This document shows, piece after piece, positions 1-10,807 of a DNA stretch of 64,000 nucleotides (the stretch's first letter is position 1; every line of letters starts with the position of its first letter). The DNA is from an uncultured Planctomycetota bacterium (GTDB lineage: Bacteria; Planctomycetota; Planctomycetia; Isosphaerales; Isosphaeraceae). The position numbers were made by a program, and so were the translations under genes. Where the stretch lies: positions 192,001-256,000 of the forward strand of contig CAWGMQ010000004.1 of NCBI GenBank assembly GCA_963823665.1, given 5' to 3'. Below the pieces are notes generated by a model that was not told where the DNA came from, did not search any database, and saw nothing but the letters and a program-made list of their open reading frames with translations.

Positions 1-2494
1 CCATCTGTTCGGCCTGCTTGGTCTTGTCGGCAAGCACCTTGTCAAACTCCTTGACCCGCGCCTCGATCGCCTCGAGCCGCCGGTGCACCGGCCGCTTCCT
101 CCGCAGCGCAACGAACGACTCATCTCCGGCCAGCACGTCCACGCAGTTCAGCACGAATGAAACATTGTCGAATTCCAGGTCCTCAACCTTGCGCCGGCGC
201 ATCTCGAAGAATTGCTCGCCGATGAAGTCAAGATCCGCGATTGCAATCACGTTGATCTTCACGGGCGCCGCCGCCTTCGCATCTTTCTTCTTCTCGGCAT
301 CCTTCTTCTCATCCTCTTTCTTCGCGTCTTTCGATGCGTCGGCAGCCACCTGCCCGGTGACGTGAGCGGCCAGCGTGTAGCTCAAATTACTTCGAACGTG
401 CCGGCGCCTTGGATTCACACCCGAGAAACCCATGAATCCTTGCATCGCAAAGTCGGACCACGCGATCGTCCCGCCGGTCGGTCCCGTCCGCAACAGCGGC
501 GTGAACTCCAGCCCCGATCCGACCGCGGCCGACCTGAGCATCCCGGGGAAAAGCGTCACAATCTCCTGCATGCCCGCGCTCGCGCTCTGCTCTTCATTGA
601 ACGCGTCGTCGGCGCCGCTCCCCGTCCCGATAAACACGATTTCCGGCGTCGCCTGCAGGTCGGCCATCTTCGGATGCGGGTTGTACATGTTCCAGACGAT
701 CTCGGTAGCCGGCCAGTCGATCCCGCACGCGTCGAGCAACCCTCTCAGATTGCCCTTCGGCTCCGGCGGCTGCCCCCCACCGAACATTCCTCCCGGAGGC
801 TGCTTCGGCACTTCCGGCGCCAGCGATGGATTACCGTTCATCACCTGCTCGTACGGGAACGGGTCCAGGAAGAGCAGTGCCGCCCCGCCCTTCTTGACGT
901 AGTCGGTCACCGCGTCGATCTGCCGCTGCGCAAGCGACGACGGCTGCGCAACCAGAAGCACATTCAAGTCAGAAGGAATCGGCGTGTCGGGCGAGACCGA
1001 GCTCACGTCGTACTGCTTCTTGAGCTCCGTCACGATCGACCACTCCGGCGTCTGGCTGAACGACCGCATATCGAGGCCGCCCAGCATCTTGGCGTCGGTC
1101 TGCAAGATTCCCACTTTCTTGCGCCCGCTTCGCGACACCACTCGAATCGACCGCGTCAGCTCATACTCCACCGGTAGGCCGCGGTCGAAGAAGGGAATCA
1201 CCACCTCCTCGGTTCCCGAAGTGAACGCCACCCCCAGGAAAATCTCGGCAGACGCCTGCTTGCCTTGCTCCAGGCTGAACACCCGGTGCGGCTCGATCGC
1301 GAACCGCTTCTCGGCCTGCCGCGCCTCCTCGGAAAACACCTCGGTCGGCACGATGTTCAGCTTGATCTTGCCGCCGCTACGGGCCTGATATTCCCGGAGC
1401 AGCCCCAGTAAATCAGACCGGATCTCGACATACTCCTTCGGCACCACCGGGCTCACAAACGCTTGAATGAGCACAGGCCGATCGGCCGAAATCCCCTTGG
1501 CCAGCTCGATTGATTCGCTCGAAAGCGTGTGCAGCCCTTCCGAGCTGGCATCGGCGCGGATGCCCCACTGGTTCACGATCACCGTCACGCTCGCGATTCC
1601 CAGCACCACCGCGACGATCCGCGCCAGCGAGTGCAGCCAGTGGTTCGTGCTTGCCTCCCCGCCGGCCCAGTGCCGCCGCCCCAGGAGCACCATGTTCAAG
1701 TAGAGCATGGCCATCGCCAGCCCCACGAAGTAAAGGATCCCGTCGAGCGACAACACGCCCGCTCCGAAATCCGCGAACTGCGAGCCGACCGACCACCCCT
1801 CGAACGCCCGCTGCACCGTGTTCTTGAGCGGGGCGGCCATGCCTCCCAGGAATATCGGCACCGCGCAGAACAGCGCCCCCAGGATGAACGCAACCGTCAC
1901 GTTCGCCGATAGCAGCGACGCGACCATCCCGATCGCGATCAACAGCACCCCCATCAGCCAGTAGCCCACATATGTCGCAAACAGCATGCCCAGATCAAGT
2001 GATCCCAGCCAGCCAAAGATCGAGACGTCCGGCGGCGAGGCCACCCACGCCAGCACGAAAACCTGCGGCAGCGAGAACAGAAGCGCCACCGAATAGATCC
2101 CCAGCGCAGCCAGATACTTCCCCAGCACGACGTCAAGGTCGTGTGCCGGCAGAGTCAGCAACAGCTCGTCCGTCCCCTGCCTGCGCTCGTCGGCCCACGT
2201 GTTCATCGTGATCGCCGGAATAAAAAGCAGCAGCAAGTACGGCATGTACGTGTTCAGCTCGTCGAGGTTGGCCTGGTTGTTCGTGAAAAAGATCGCCTGC
2301 CAGAAGGCCACGCACGAGCTCACGAATACAAACAGCGTGATGAACACATACCCCGCGGGGTTGCTGAAGTAGCTCAGGAAATTCCGCTTGAACACCGCCC
2401 CGATCACGTGCAGGCGGCCGCCCCGCAGCCGGCCCCTCACAGGCTTCGAAGCAGCCCGCTCTTCGCTCTTCGCCTTGGTTTCCAGCGTGCTCAC
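1..2494 (-). CDS. Fused ABC-2 permease (GldF-like) / GldG-like ABC transporter auxiliary protein; runs off the window start
   Basis: Manual translation from GTG at 2494: MSTLETKAK...VFKRNFLSYFSNPAGYVFITLFVF...IPAITMNTWADERRQGTDELLLTLP (GldF-like). Same frame ends ...FDNVSFVLNCVDVLAGDESFVALRRKRP (GldG-like). Absent from the ORF track because there is no stop in the window. Confidence 0.85.
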   Translation of the reverse strand, partial: MSTLETKAKSEERAASKPVRGRLRGGRLHVIGAVFKRNFLSYFSNPAGYVFITLFVFVSSCVAFWQAIFFTNNQANLDELNTYMPYLLLLFIPAITMNTWADERRQGTDELLLTLPAHDLDVVLGKYLAALGIYSVALLFSLPQVFVLAWVASPPDVSIFGWLGSLDLGMLFATYVGYWLMGVLLIAIGMVASLLSANVTVAFILGALFCAVPIFLGGMAAPLKNTVQRAFEGWSVGSQFADFGAGVLSLDGILYFVGLAMAMLYLNMVLLGRRHWAGGEASTNHWLHSLARIVAVVLGIASVTVIVNQWGIRADASSEGLHTLSSESIELAKGISADRPVLIQAFVSPVVPKEYVEIRSDLLGLLREYQARSGGKIKLNIVPTEVFSEEARQAEKRFAIEPHRVFSLEQGKQASAEIFLGVAFTSGTEEVVIPFFDRGLPVEYELTRSIRVVSRSGRKKVGILQTDAKMLGGLDMRSFSQTPEWSIVTELKKQYDVSSVSPDTPIPSDLNVLLVAQPSSLAQRQIDAVTDYVKKGGAALLFLDPFPYEQVMNGNPSLAPEVPKQPPGGMFGGGQPPEPKGNLRGLLDACGIDWPATEIVWNMYNPHPKMADLQATPEIVFIGTGSGADDAFNEEQSASAGMQEIVTLFPGMLRSAAVGSGLEFTPLLRTGPTGGTIAWSDFAMQGFMGFSGVNPRRRHVRSNLSYTLAAHVTGQVAADASKDAKKEDEKKDAEKKKDAKAAAPVKINVIAIADLDFIGEQFFEMRRRKVEDLEFDNVSFVLNCVDVLAGDESFVALRRKRPVHRRLEAIEARVKEFDKVLADKTKQAEQM

Positions 2495-2626
2495 CGCTCT
2501 TCACCCCTCAAAAGGTAAACTCGATTCACCCCGGTTGCCCGCTCCAGGATTCAAACCTCGCTAAAGTGGTCAGCCGAGTCCGCCCGACCGCCGATTTCAC
2601 GACCGACAACTGACCACTGACAACCC

Positions 2627-3355
2627 TCAGACTGGCTGAGCCGTCAGATTGTAAAACGTCTGCTCGAGACTTCCGTTCAAACGAGCCATCTCCGCCGGCT
2701 TGCCGTCAAAAACGATCTTGCCATCATGGATGAACAGGATCCGATCGGCGATTGGATCGACCTCCTGAAGAATGTGGGTCGACACCAGAACCGTCTTCGA
2801 CTGGCCCAGATCACGAATCAACTGCCGCATCCCGCGGATCTGATTGGGGTCCAGCCCGCTCGTGGGCTCATCCATGATCAGCACCTCGGGATCGTGCAAC
2901 AGCGCCTGTGCCATGGAAACGCGCTGGCGATATCCTTTCGAAAGCTTGCCGATGGGTTTGTGCGCCACGGTTTCGAGCGCGCACTGCGTGACCACCGCGT
3001 CGATGCGATCGTGCAGCCGCGCAGGCGACATTCCCCGCGCCGACCCGAAAAATCGAAGCAGCCCCATCGGCGTCATGTCGGTGTAAAGCGGCCCGTTTTC
3101 GGGCAGATACCCCAGGTGTTCGGCGGCGGCGATGCGGTCATCTTGGACGTCGATTCCGGCGATTTTCGCCGAGCCGTGTGTGGGCGCGACGAACCCCGTC
3201 AGGAGCCGCATCGTTGTCGTCTTGCCCGCCCCGTTCGGACCGAGGAATGCGACAACCTCCCCCTTGGCGATCGAAAACGTCACATCCCGCACGGCCAGAA
3301 ACGAACCAAACTGCTTGCAAAGGCTATTGGCCTCGATCTTGACGGCCTGTGACAT
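2627..3355 (-). CDS. ABC transporter ATP-binding protein (GldA-like)
   Basis: Walker A GPNGAGKT, signature LSKGYRQR, Walker B LIMDEPTSGLD; upstream of the permease. Confidence 0.95.
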   Translation of the reverse strand: MSQAVKIEANSLCKQFGSFLAVRDVTFSIAKGEVVAFLGPNGAGKTTTMRLLTGFVAPTHGSAKIAGIDVQDDRIAAAEHLGYLPENGPLYTDMTPMGLLRFFGSARGMSPARLHDRIDAVVTQCALETVAHKPIGKLSKGYRQRVSMAQALLHDPEVLIMDEPTSGLDPNQIRGMRQLIRDLGQSKTVLVSTHILQEVDPIADRILFIHDGKIVFDGKPAEMARLNGSLEQTFYNLTAQPV

Positions 3356-3682
3356 ACCGTTTCGTTCCTCCGAGTTATCTCCGTTGACACTTCTCTCGCA
3401 CGACCGACCGCGTCAGGCCCAATCCATTTAGAATGGCACGGTTAAGAGGGAACCGGCCGCCCGCCGCAGGTAGACCCTGGTGCGATCAACGAGGCGCGCA
3501 ACCCTCACAAATACCTGTACGAGGATTGGCCGAATGTGTTCATTATGCGCAGACCACCCGAGCGATGCAATCGATCAGTTCAAACCCGCGACCGCCCGAA
3601 TCCAAAATCCAAAATTGATTGTCGCCCGCTTCACCCCAAGTTACGATAGGGAGCCGCGGATGGATCCGGCACGACCCGCGAC

Positions 3683-3756
<74 letters not shown>

Positions 3757-3815
3757 CTTGGCCACAGCGTTCCACCTCCCTCACGGCCGCAGACGTCGCC
3801 TCGTTCGCCGGCGCC

Positions 3816-4580
3816 GAGTTCGTTTTGTATATTTGACGGTGTTCCTTACGCTGTAAGCATTAAGGGAACGGCGCGTCCGTGCCGATCGCTCTGGGCTTCC
3901 CGTCCACGAATTCGGCGACACCGCGCAGACGGGATGAGCAAGCAATGCGCCGCGCCGTCGACCGACGCGGATCAGATGCCTCCGCGCTCCACGCCCACGG
4001 TTGGGTTGGCTTGCTCTGCACAAGTGCAAGAGCGACTTGCGCTTTCGTCCACGTTTTAGGTTCTTCAGTCATGGATCAAAATGATAACTTTTGATAGCAA
4101 AACAAAGGGCTCTTCCAATCCCGCGCTCGCGGTTCTCAGCCCAAGATGCCTAACCGACAGTCAGCGCTGCCCGCGCACTCTCCCCCGTTAATAATGTGCG
4201 CCCGGTTTTCGAATTTGACCACATTTCGGTCGCGCCTCCCAGGTCTGGTGAAGAGCACAAGTTCAATCGCAAGACGGGATTAACCGCTGTTTTCGAGTAA
4301 AGCATTTACAGGACAGATGAGCCCGTTCAAAGCGCATTGAAAAGCCCCGAGCATCACAGCGAGGATGAGGCTCCCGCCGAGTCGCGTGCGCGAACGAATC
4401 CGACCGAGCAGCACCGATCGACCGATCGATCGAGACAAACGTCCGGGCCCGCCGCCGCATGGCACTCGCCATGGCGGTCGAAACTCTTGCCGACTCGCGC
4501 ACGCGGCCCCTTCAGAACCAGGCCAGAGTTCGTTTTGTAGATTCGACGATGCTCGTTTGCCTGTAAGCATTAAGGGAACG
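3816..4580 (+). repeat. Pair of ~55-bp imperfect direct repeats (3816-3870 and 4526-4580)
   Basis: GAGTTCGTTTTGTA...CTGTAAGCATTAAGGGAACG in both copies, 710 bp apart. Confidence 0.85.
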
Positions 4581-5092
4581 ACCCAGCGCCAATGTAGTCC
4601 AATAAACCCACTGAGCCCGACGCCACGACTGATCGCTCCCCCTCCCTCCAGAGAGGGCCAGGGTGAGATTGCTTTCCGCACGCGACCGCAAGTCGCAGAC
4701 ACGCTCTTAGCCAGGCCAGCAGATCGTAGAGCCGTCCAAATCAGAACGAAAAAACTCCTTGGGCCTGCGCCACCCATCATCTGCGCCATCCCATTGCGGC
4801 GCTTGACTTTAAGGGTGGCGCAGGAATAACCGGAACCCGCGCAGAATCGCAGTAACTCACTGCTGCGAATCGAGTTGTGGGGTGGCGCAGAGGTGGCGCA
4901 GAGGTAACGTGACGGCTGCTCCGCACGGATCGTGATCAAGCGCTCGCCTTCGTCTTTCCGCGCTCCACAGTTACGCAGTTCGATCCGCCGGGTTTGCGTG
5001 TTAAAGAGATGCAGCCCTGCGTCATCTGCGTCATCTGCGTCATTTCTCGACTCTGATTTTCCACATTGGAGCGATCGTTCGGTTGATGCCCG

Positions 5093-5229
5093 CCATATCC
5101 CGAGCCCCGTAGGGGCGACATCGTACGGCCTGGTGGCGTGAGCCCCAGGTCGCGACCAATCGCCCTCCATATCCCGAGCCCCATAGGGGCGACATCGTAC
5201 AGCCTGGTGGCGTGAGCCCCAGGTCGCGA
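5093..5229 (+). repeat. Two tandem REP-like units (74-bp period)
   Basis: CCATATCCCGAGCCCCRTAGGGGCGACATCGTACRGCCTGGTGGCGTGAGCCCCAGGTCGCGA at 5093 and 5167; contains the GCCCC-RTA-GGGGC hairpin. Confidence 0.85.
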
Positions 5230-5246
5230 TTTCGCCCGCGCTGCCG

Positions 5247-5327
5247 CTCATCCTCGACGAAACTCGGGTGACTGACGCTCGAATCAAACAACTGCGGCTG
5301 CCTGCACCGAGACGCACGATCTACTAA
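5247..5327 (+). pseudogene. 3' remnant of an LRR gene
   Basis: Translates LILDETRVTDARIKQLRLPAPRRTIY*, closely matching the C-terminus of LRR copy C (NRVTDAGIKQLRLPARRPRIYY). Confidence 0.8.
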
Positions 5328-5582
5328 GCTGTGGTCTGACGAAAAGGTGCAGCACGAGTTCCGCGACGCAATCGCGCAGGCAAGAACACCAGATGCAAGT
5401 CGATCCATCCGAGCTTCCAAACGCATTTGGATTGAAGAGCGCCGACCATAGCGGTATCGACCCGGAACATTGCATGGAGCCCGACGTGGAACGCGTGGGC
5501 GACGCAGCCTCTGGAGCATTTGGCGACTCAGACGAATTCACGGGAGTTTGGCTGGCAATCGCTTCTCCATACATACTGACAC

Positions 5583-5850
5583 CAGCTTTACCTTTGCGAC
5601 TTCGCACCTTTGCGTGACCCTCTCTCTCCTTGATATCACTCACTTCAAATACAAATCGCCAGTTCCGATGAGCTCCACGTTGAGTTCATCCTTCCTTTTG
5701 CGCCTTTTTCCCCTTCGCGCCTTTGAGCCCCTCTCCCCGTCTCATCACACAATTCAAACACAAATCGCGCCCCTCCGGGTGTGCTCCGCATTGAGATCAG
5801 CTATCCTTCTGCACCTTTTTCACGTTCGCGCCTTTGCGTGAGCACCTAGG
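5583..5850 (+). repeat. REP-like cluster 1 (CTTTGCGACTTCGCGCCTTTGCGTGAGCCC family)
   Basis: Three ~100-bp subunits homologous to clusters at 12442, 18930 and 24980. Confidence 0.85.
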
Positions 5851-6282
5851 TACACGTCGGCCGAGCTGGCCCGGTTGCTGGCCGTGGAACGGGAGCCGGG
5901 TTGCAAGCTGGCGGTCTCCGTCTTGAATCTCCCGGACCCGGAGGCCGGGCCGAAGCGACGGCCATTGTGCGGGCCGATCCCTTGGAGCTGGTGGCTCCCG
6001 GCCTCCCGGCTCCCGGGGCGGTCTCTCCAGGTTGGCGCCGTCTGTTGGCTCTTGGCGGGTTGGAATCGATCGGCCGAGTTCGAGCTGGTGTTGCATGATC
6101 GGGCCGGGTTCGGCCTCTCCCGGTTCTCGGCCTCCCGCGGCTTGGATACACTGGAGCGGGCCGGGTTGGTTTCTGTTGTGAGACGGCCGGGTCTGTCCCC
6201 GGTCGTGTTGATTCTGGACCCGACGGCTGGGACTGGACGGACACACCCTTTGGAAATCCGAGATGGCGGCGAATTACCATAG
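5851..6282 (+). CDS. Putative winged-HTH small protein, module copy 1 (start uncertain)
   Basis: GPIPWSWWLPASRLPGRSLQVG...GLSRFSASRGLDTLERAGLVSVVRRPG; HTH-like C-terminus; paralogues at 13037 and 19077. Confidence 0.6.
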   Translation, partial: YTSAELARLLAVEREPGCKLAVSVLNLPDPEAGPKRRPLCGPIPWSWWLPASRLPGRSLQVGAVCWLLAGWNRSAEFELVLHDRAGFGLSRFSASRGLDTLERAGLVSVVRRPGLSPVVLILDPTAGTGRTHPLEIRDGGELP

Positions 6283-6335
6283 GAAAAAGGTCATGTGAAA
6301 CGGAAACTTACAAGATTATCTTTGGAGACCCGCCA

Positions 6336-6758
6336 GTGTGGCTGCCGCGAATTCGGTTCAAGCTCCGAAGCTTGATGGTCGCTATAGCCGTGGTTGCGGT
6401 CGCGATCACTGGGGCGCTTTGGGCCTTGAAAATGCGGCGGTTGTCAAAAAACTACGCGAGTGTTGTGCAGCGAGAGAAACAGCTTGAGACGCAATACAAG
6501 CTGTGGCCGGCGCGTTCGAGGCAAAGCGCGGAAGAGTGGGAGCAAAAACGGCCGGATTCGGTAGAGAAGGAATTCTCTTCGTTATCGTCGAAACAGGTGG
6601 CGCTCGGGACAAGCTTAATCTTAGTGTCCACTATTTTCCTATCGATGACACTTTTGGTGGCCTTGATTGCCTACTTACGCAGACCAAAGCGAAAATACTC
6701 GCCCGCCCTAGCCGAGCCCCCCAAACCGAACCAAAGCGGGGAGGCCGGAAGAGTGTAG
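6336..6758 (+). CDS. Variable membrane cargo protein 1 (RFxLRxLM leader, two hydrophobic segments)
   Basis: MWLPRIRFKLRSLMVAIAVVAVAITGALWAL; lies between the wHTH and MGWK genes. Confidence 0.7.
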   Translation: MWLPRIRFKLRSLMVAIAVVAVAITGALWALKMRRLSKNYASVVQREKQLETQYKLWPARSRQSAEEWEQKRPDSVEKEFSSLSSKQVALGTSLILVSTIFLSMTLLVALIAYLRRPKRKYSPALAEPPKPNQSGEAGRV

Positions 6759-6765
6759 GTCAAAA

Positions 6766-7068
6766 ATGGGATGGAAAACCATCAACGGACGCCGGTATTA
6801 CTACAAGTCGGAGCGTGAGGGAGGCCGAGTCAAAACCACCTACTTCGGGTCCGGTGAGTCGGGCCTGTTGATCTCGCGAATGGAGGCCATCGATCGGGAG
6901 GAGAAAGACGAATCACGGAATCAGCGTCGGGCCGAGCGGGAGGAATATCGGGCCGAAGAACAGGCCGTTGCGGATTGGTTCGATGACGTCCAGGCCGTGG
7001 CCGATGCGGCGATGATTGCGGCCGGGTTTCACAAGCACAAAGGCCAATGGCGGAGGAGACGGAGATGA
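6766..7068 (+). CDS. Small basic hypothetical protein 'MGWKTINGRRYYYKS' (possibly nucleic-acid binding, mobile-element associated)
   Basis: Clean ORF with an ATGA overlap into the next gene; paralogues at 13862 and 19868. Confidence 0.75.
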   Translation: MGWKTINGRRYYYKSEREGGRVKTTYFGSGESGLLISRMEAIDREEKDESRNQRRAEREEYRAEEQAVADWFDDVQAVADAAMIAAGFHKHKGQWRRRRR

Positions 7069-7628
7069 ATGACGTTGCTAATGGCGATTCGGGGGCCGTG
7101 GCCGTCTCCAAGCCGAAACCTCCGGCCCCGGGCCAAGAGACTACCGAGCTGTTGAAGCGAGCGACGCGCGGAGAGAAGGGTTGCCTCCCGGAAGTCCGAG
7201 CACTACTCGGCGACGGCGAATATGGAGAAGCGTTGCGAGACTCGAACGGCTCTCAAGCCGAGTGGCTTCGGCGAACCCTCATTGAGAAATCGGCCGGGAA
7301 AAACATTCTCATTCAAGAGGCCGTCACTCAGAAACTCAACACGCTACAGGCCGAGCTGGCCGGACCCAATCCGACGCCGATAGAGCGGTTGCTGGCCGAG
7401 CGGGCCTCCATCTGTTGGTTCATCGTCGATCGATACGAAAACGCTTATGCCAACGCCAACGAATGGACCATCGTCCAATCGGATTTTCAACAACGCAAGA
7501 TCGACAAAGCGCATGCCCCATTCCTCTCGGCTCTCCGGACGTTGGCTCAAGTCCGCAAGCTGGCGTTGCCAACCCTCCAAGTCAACATCGCCAAGAACCA
7601 AGTGAACGTGGCCGGTTCCAACTCATGA
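7065..7628 (+). CDS. Helical hypothetical protein with C-terminal QVNIxxxQVN motif (mobile-element associated)
   Basis: ATGA-coupled to the upstream gene; ERLLAERASICW...LRTLAQVRKLALPTLQVNIAKNQVNV. Confidence 0.7.
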   Translation: MNDVANGDSGAVAVSKPKPPAPGQETTELLKRATRGEKGCLPEVRALLGDGEYGEALRDSNGSQAEWLRRTLIEKSAGKNILIQEAVTQKLNTLQAELAGPNPTPIERLLAERASICWFIVDRYENAYANANEWTIVQSDFQQRKIDKAHAPFLSALRTLAQVRKLALPTLQVNIAKNQVNVAGSNS

Positions 7629-7729
7629 AAGAGCCCACACCTCACTCTACCGGGTTGGCATCGACAAGAAGGCGAGTTTCCCGTAAATGTCATCATGGCG
7701 GGTTCCGGTAGACGATGACGTTGGCGATC

Positions 7730-7797
7730 CGTCCCCGGGGTCAGACCGAGTTTCATCCCCGGGGTCAGACCGTCCCCGGGGTCAGACCGAGTTTCAA
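7730..7797 (+). repeat. Three copies of CCCCGGGGTCAGACCG (REP-like)
   Basis: Direct repeats visible at about 7733, 7757 and 7774. Confidence 0.85.
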
Positions 7798-7874
7798 GTG
7801 ATTTGCTTCCCCGTCCCCAAGGTTCAGACCTCGTCGAGTGAATTGGAAGCCGACTTCCGAGGAGGAAACTACCG

Positions 7875-8598
7875 GCAAGCCAAACCCGTCTCCCGTCCCT
7901 GGCGAAGATTCCTGCGCTTCAGCGTGCGGGGGATGATCGTACTTGTGCTGGTGATCGGTGGGTGGCTCGGGTGGATTGTGCGGAGTGCTCGAATCCAGCG
8001 CGAGGCGGTCGCGGCGATTGAGAACGCTGGAGGCCGGGTTGCTTATGACTGGGAGTGGAGCAACGGGAATCATTTTCCAGGAGGAAAACCCTGGGGGCCA
8101 GGATGGCTCGTGGATCTCATCGGACTCGACTACTTCGGGCACGTCACCTTGGTAGTCATCAACTTCTCCCCAAAGGTATCGGTTGCAACGACCGAACAGA
8201 TCGGGCGGCTCACCCGACTCGAGTGTCTGAATCTTACTGGGTCATCCGCTGGCGACGCCGAGCTCGCGCATGTCCAGGCACTGACCAACCTCCGGTTTCT
8301 CCTGCTCGGCGACACCCAGGTCACCGACTCCGGGCTGGTGCATCTAAAGGGGATCGCCAACCTATCCTTGCTTAGCCTCTATCGCACACAAGTCACTGAC
8401 GCAGGGCTGGCCCAACTGAAGGGGCTTACCAACCTGACGGGCCTCAACCTTAACGGCACTCAGGTCACAGACGTAGGGCTCGCGCAACTGAAGGGGCTTA
8501 CCAACCTCAACGTCCTCGCCCTTGATGGCACTCCGGTCACGGATGCAGGGATCTTTGAGCTAAAGCAGACGCCGCGGAGCGTGAGGATCGTCCGTTAA
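7875..8598 (+). CDS. LRR copy A: membrane-anchored LRR protein, 5 repeats; native promoter and start replaced (ORF open from 7687)
   Basis: QAKPVSRPWRRFLRFSVRG leader, TM helix, GKPW...DYFG cap, 24-aa LxxLxxLxxLxLxxTxVTDAGLxx repeats. Confidence 0.8.
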
Positions 8599-8619
8599 TT
8601 TGATGCTCATCCTGCCGGC

Positions 8620-8748
8620 AGGGAACCGTCCCCGTCGCATCGCGAGGAATCGGTCGCGGATCGATGACCCTCCTGGAACGAGCCGCGTGCGGGCCGTTAT
8701 GATAAATCGAGCGAACAGACATCGGTCCTCCGCTCACTACAGGCCGGC
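8620..8748 (+). promoter_or_regulatory. Conserved LRR cassette head (junction motif, -10 TATGAT at 8698, conserved 5'UTR)
   Basis: Homologous to the heads at 10675, 11570, 16493, 18198 and 23750; the -35 is divergent here (GGAACG). Confidence 0.7.
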
Positions 8749-9899
8749 ATGAACGATCAAGCCAACACGGTCCCACGTCCCCGACGAAGATTCCTGCGCT
8801 TCAGCGTTCGGGGGCTGATCGTTCTGGTGCTGGTGATCGGCGGTTGGTCCGGCTGGACTGTGAGGATGCCCGCATTCAGCGCGAGGCGGTGGCGGCGATT
8901 ACGAAAGCCGGAGGCGGAGTTTCGTACTGCTGGGAACGGAAAGACGGCGCAGATATCCGGAGCGGAAAACCTTGGGCGCCGCGGTGGATCGTGGATCGCG
9001 TCGGAGTCGACTACTTCGGTCCCGTTACCAACGCACGTGTGGTCGCCTCCGATGCAACGCTCGCACGGGTTGGACGTCTCACCGAGCTACAGCGTTTGAA
9101 TCTGATTGGTTCTTCCACTAGCGATTCCGGGATGGCACACCTCTCCGGATTGACCAAACTGTCTGTCCTCGACCTGGACGACACTCAGATCACCGATGCC
9201 GGCCTGGCACATCTGAAGGGACTGACTGGCCTCTCCTGCATTGGTGTAGGCGAGACGCAGATCACCGACGCCGGGCTGAGAGGTCTAGAGCCCTTGACCG
9301 AACTCGCGCGGCTCCGCGTCCGCGGGACCAAGATTACCGACACCGGCGTAGGGCATCTGAGGAAATTGACCAAACTTTCCGAACTCGACGTCAGCTACAC
9401 GAAGGTCACCGACGCAGGAATGGCTCATCTGAAGGGGTTGACCAATCTCACGGAACTCAATCTCAGCGGCACTCAGGTCACCGACGCAGGACTTGTCCAT
9501 CTGACCGGGTTGAACAAACTTTCAGACCTGAGCCTCTTTGACGCCGAGATCACCGACGCTGGCCTGGCTCACCTTAGCGGTTTAACTAACCTCAGGAAAC
9601 TCAACCTCGAGGCCACTGGGGTGACGGATCGGGGCTTGGCTCACGTGAACGGGCTCCGCGACCTCTCGAAACTGAACATCAGCTTTACGCATGTCACCGA
9701 CGCGGGATTGGCGCATTTGAAGTGGATGACCAATCTTGAGCGCTTGGACGTCAGCGATACCCGGGTCACCGACGCTGGTCTCGTGCATCTGAAGGGGCTC
9801 AGAAAGCTCTCAGAACTCACTCTTTACGGCACCCGCGTCACCGACGATGGAATAAAACACTTAAAGCAAGCTTTGCCGAGTCTGACGATCACTCGTTGA
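8749..9899 (+). pseudogene. LRR copy B, 11 repeats; -1 frameshift near 8865 (may be a sequencing error)
   Basis: Leader in ORF 8749..9099, body in ORF 8844..9899; GTGAGGATGCC versus paralogue GTGCGGAGTGCT. Confidence 0.85.
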
Positions 9900-10070
9900 T
9901 CCGATGCGCATCTTGCCGGCCTGCATCGCCAGTCTAACTCCTCGACCTTCCATTCGGAGTCTCACCTGGGGGCCGCGCTGGCCTCCAATATGCGAGTCCG
10001 GTGATCATTAGCGTGGGCTGATATACTAACCGAAATGGAGCTACCGACCTACCGCTCGCCGGACGCCGGC

Positions 10071-10655
10071 ATGACCGATCAAGCCAAACCCGTCTCACGC
10101 CCCTGGCGAAGATTCCTGCGCTTCAGCGTGCGGGGACTGATCGTTCTCATGCTTGCAATGGGTGCCGGTCTGGGTTGGCTCGTTCGCGGCGCACGAATCC
10201 AAAGAGAGGCGGTAGCCGCGATCACTAAGGCCGGCGGCACGGTCGTTTATAACTGGAATGAGGATACCTCGCCGTTCAGCCCGGCGGGTAAGCCGTGGGC
10301 GCCGGGCTGGCTCGTCAAATTCATTGGAGTCCACTATTTCGGTCACGTAACGGGCGTCGATTTCTACGACAACGCATCGACCGATGCTGGGCTGGTGCAT
10401 CTAAAGCGGCTAAATAAACTCTCGCGACTGCACCTTGCTGGTACCCAGCTCACCGATGCCGGACTGGTGCACCTGCACGGGCTCACCAATCTTTCCCACC
10501 TCGATCTGAGCTACACCAAGGTCTCGGACGATGGACGGGCGCATCTGAAGCCGTTGAAAAAGCTCTCCCGGCTCGACGTCTTTGGCAATCGAGTCACAGA
10601 CGCTGGAATCAAACAATTGCGGCTGCCTGCACGGAGACCCAGGATCTACTACTGA
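10071..10655 (+). CDS. LRR copy C, 3 repeats
   Basis: MTDQAKPVSRPWRRFLRFSVRG leader; alternative upstream head containing GATATACT. Confidence 0.85.
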   Translation: MTDQAKPVSRPWRRFLRFSVRGLIVLMLAMGAGLGWLVRGARIQREAVAAITKAGGTVVYNWNEDTSPFSPAGKPWAPGWLVKFIGVHYFGHVTGVDFYDNASTDAGLVHLKRLNKLSRLHLAGTQLTDAGLVHLHGLTNLSHLDLSYTKVSDDGRAHLKPLKKLSRLDVFGNRVTDAGIKQLRLPARRPRIYY

Positions 10656-10674
10656 GTCGCCGGGAGCTAGCCAC

Positions 10675-10807
10675 CCTGGAATCGTCCCTGTCGCATCGCC
10701 AGGCGGCGAGACGTCGGATCTATTGAGCCTCCTTCGACGACTCGCGTGCAAGCCGTTATGATGAATCGAGCGAACAGACATCGGCCCTCTGCTCACAAGA
10801 GGCTGGC
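10675..10807 (+). promoter_or_regulatory. LRR cassette head: sigma70-like TCGACG(10734)-N17-TATGAT(10757)
   Basis: Same spacing in five copies; ATG 51 nt after the start of TATGAT. Confidence 0.75.

Noticed and set aside
4280..5317. 345-aa minus-strand ORF
   Set aside because: Made largely of translated REP and tandem repeats, with no domain signal.
7687..7874. Genuine N-terminal extension of LRR copy A
   Set aside because: Derived from GGGGTCAGAC repeats and foreign DNA; homology to sibling genes starts only at ~7875.
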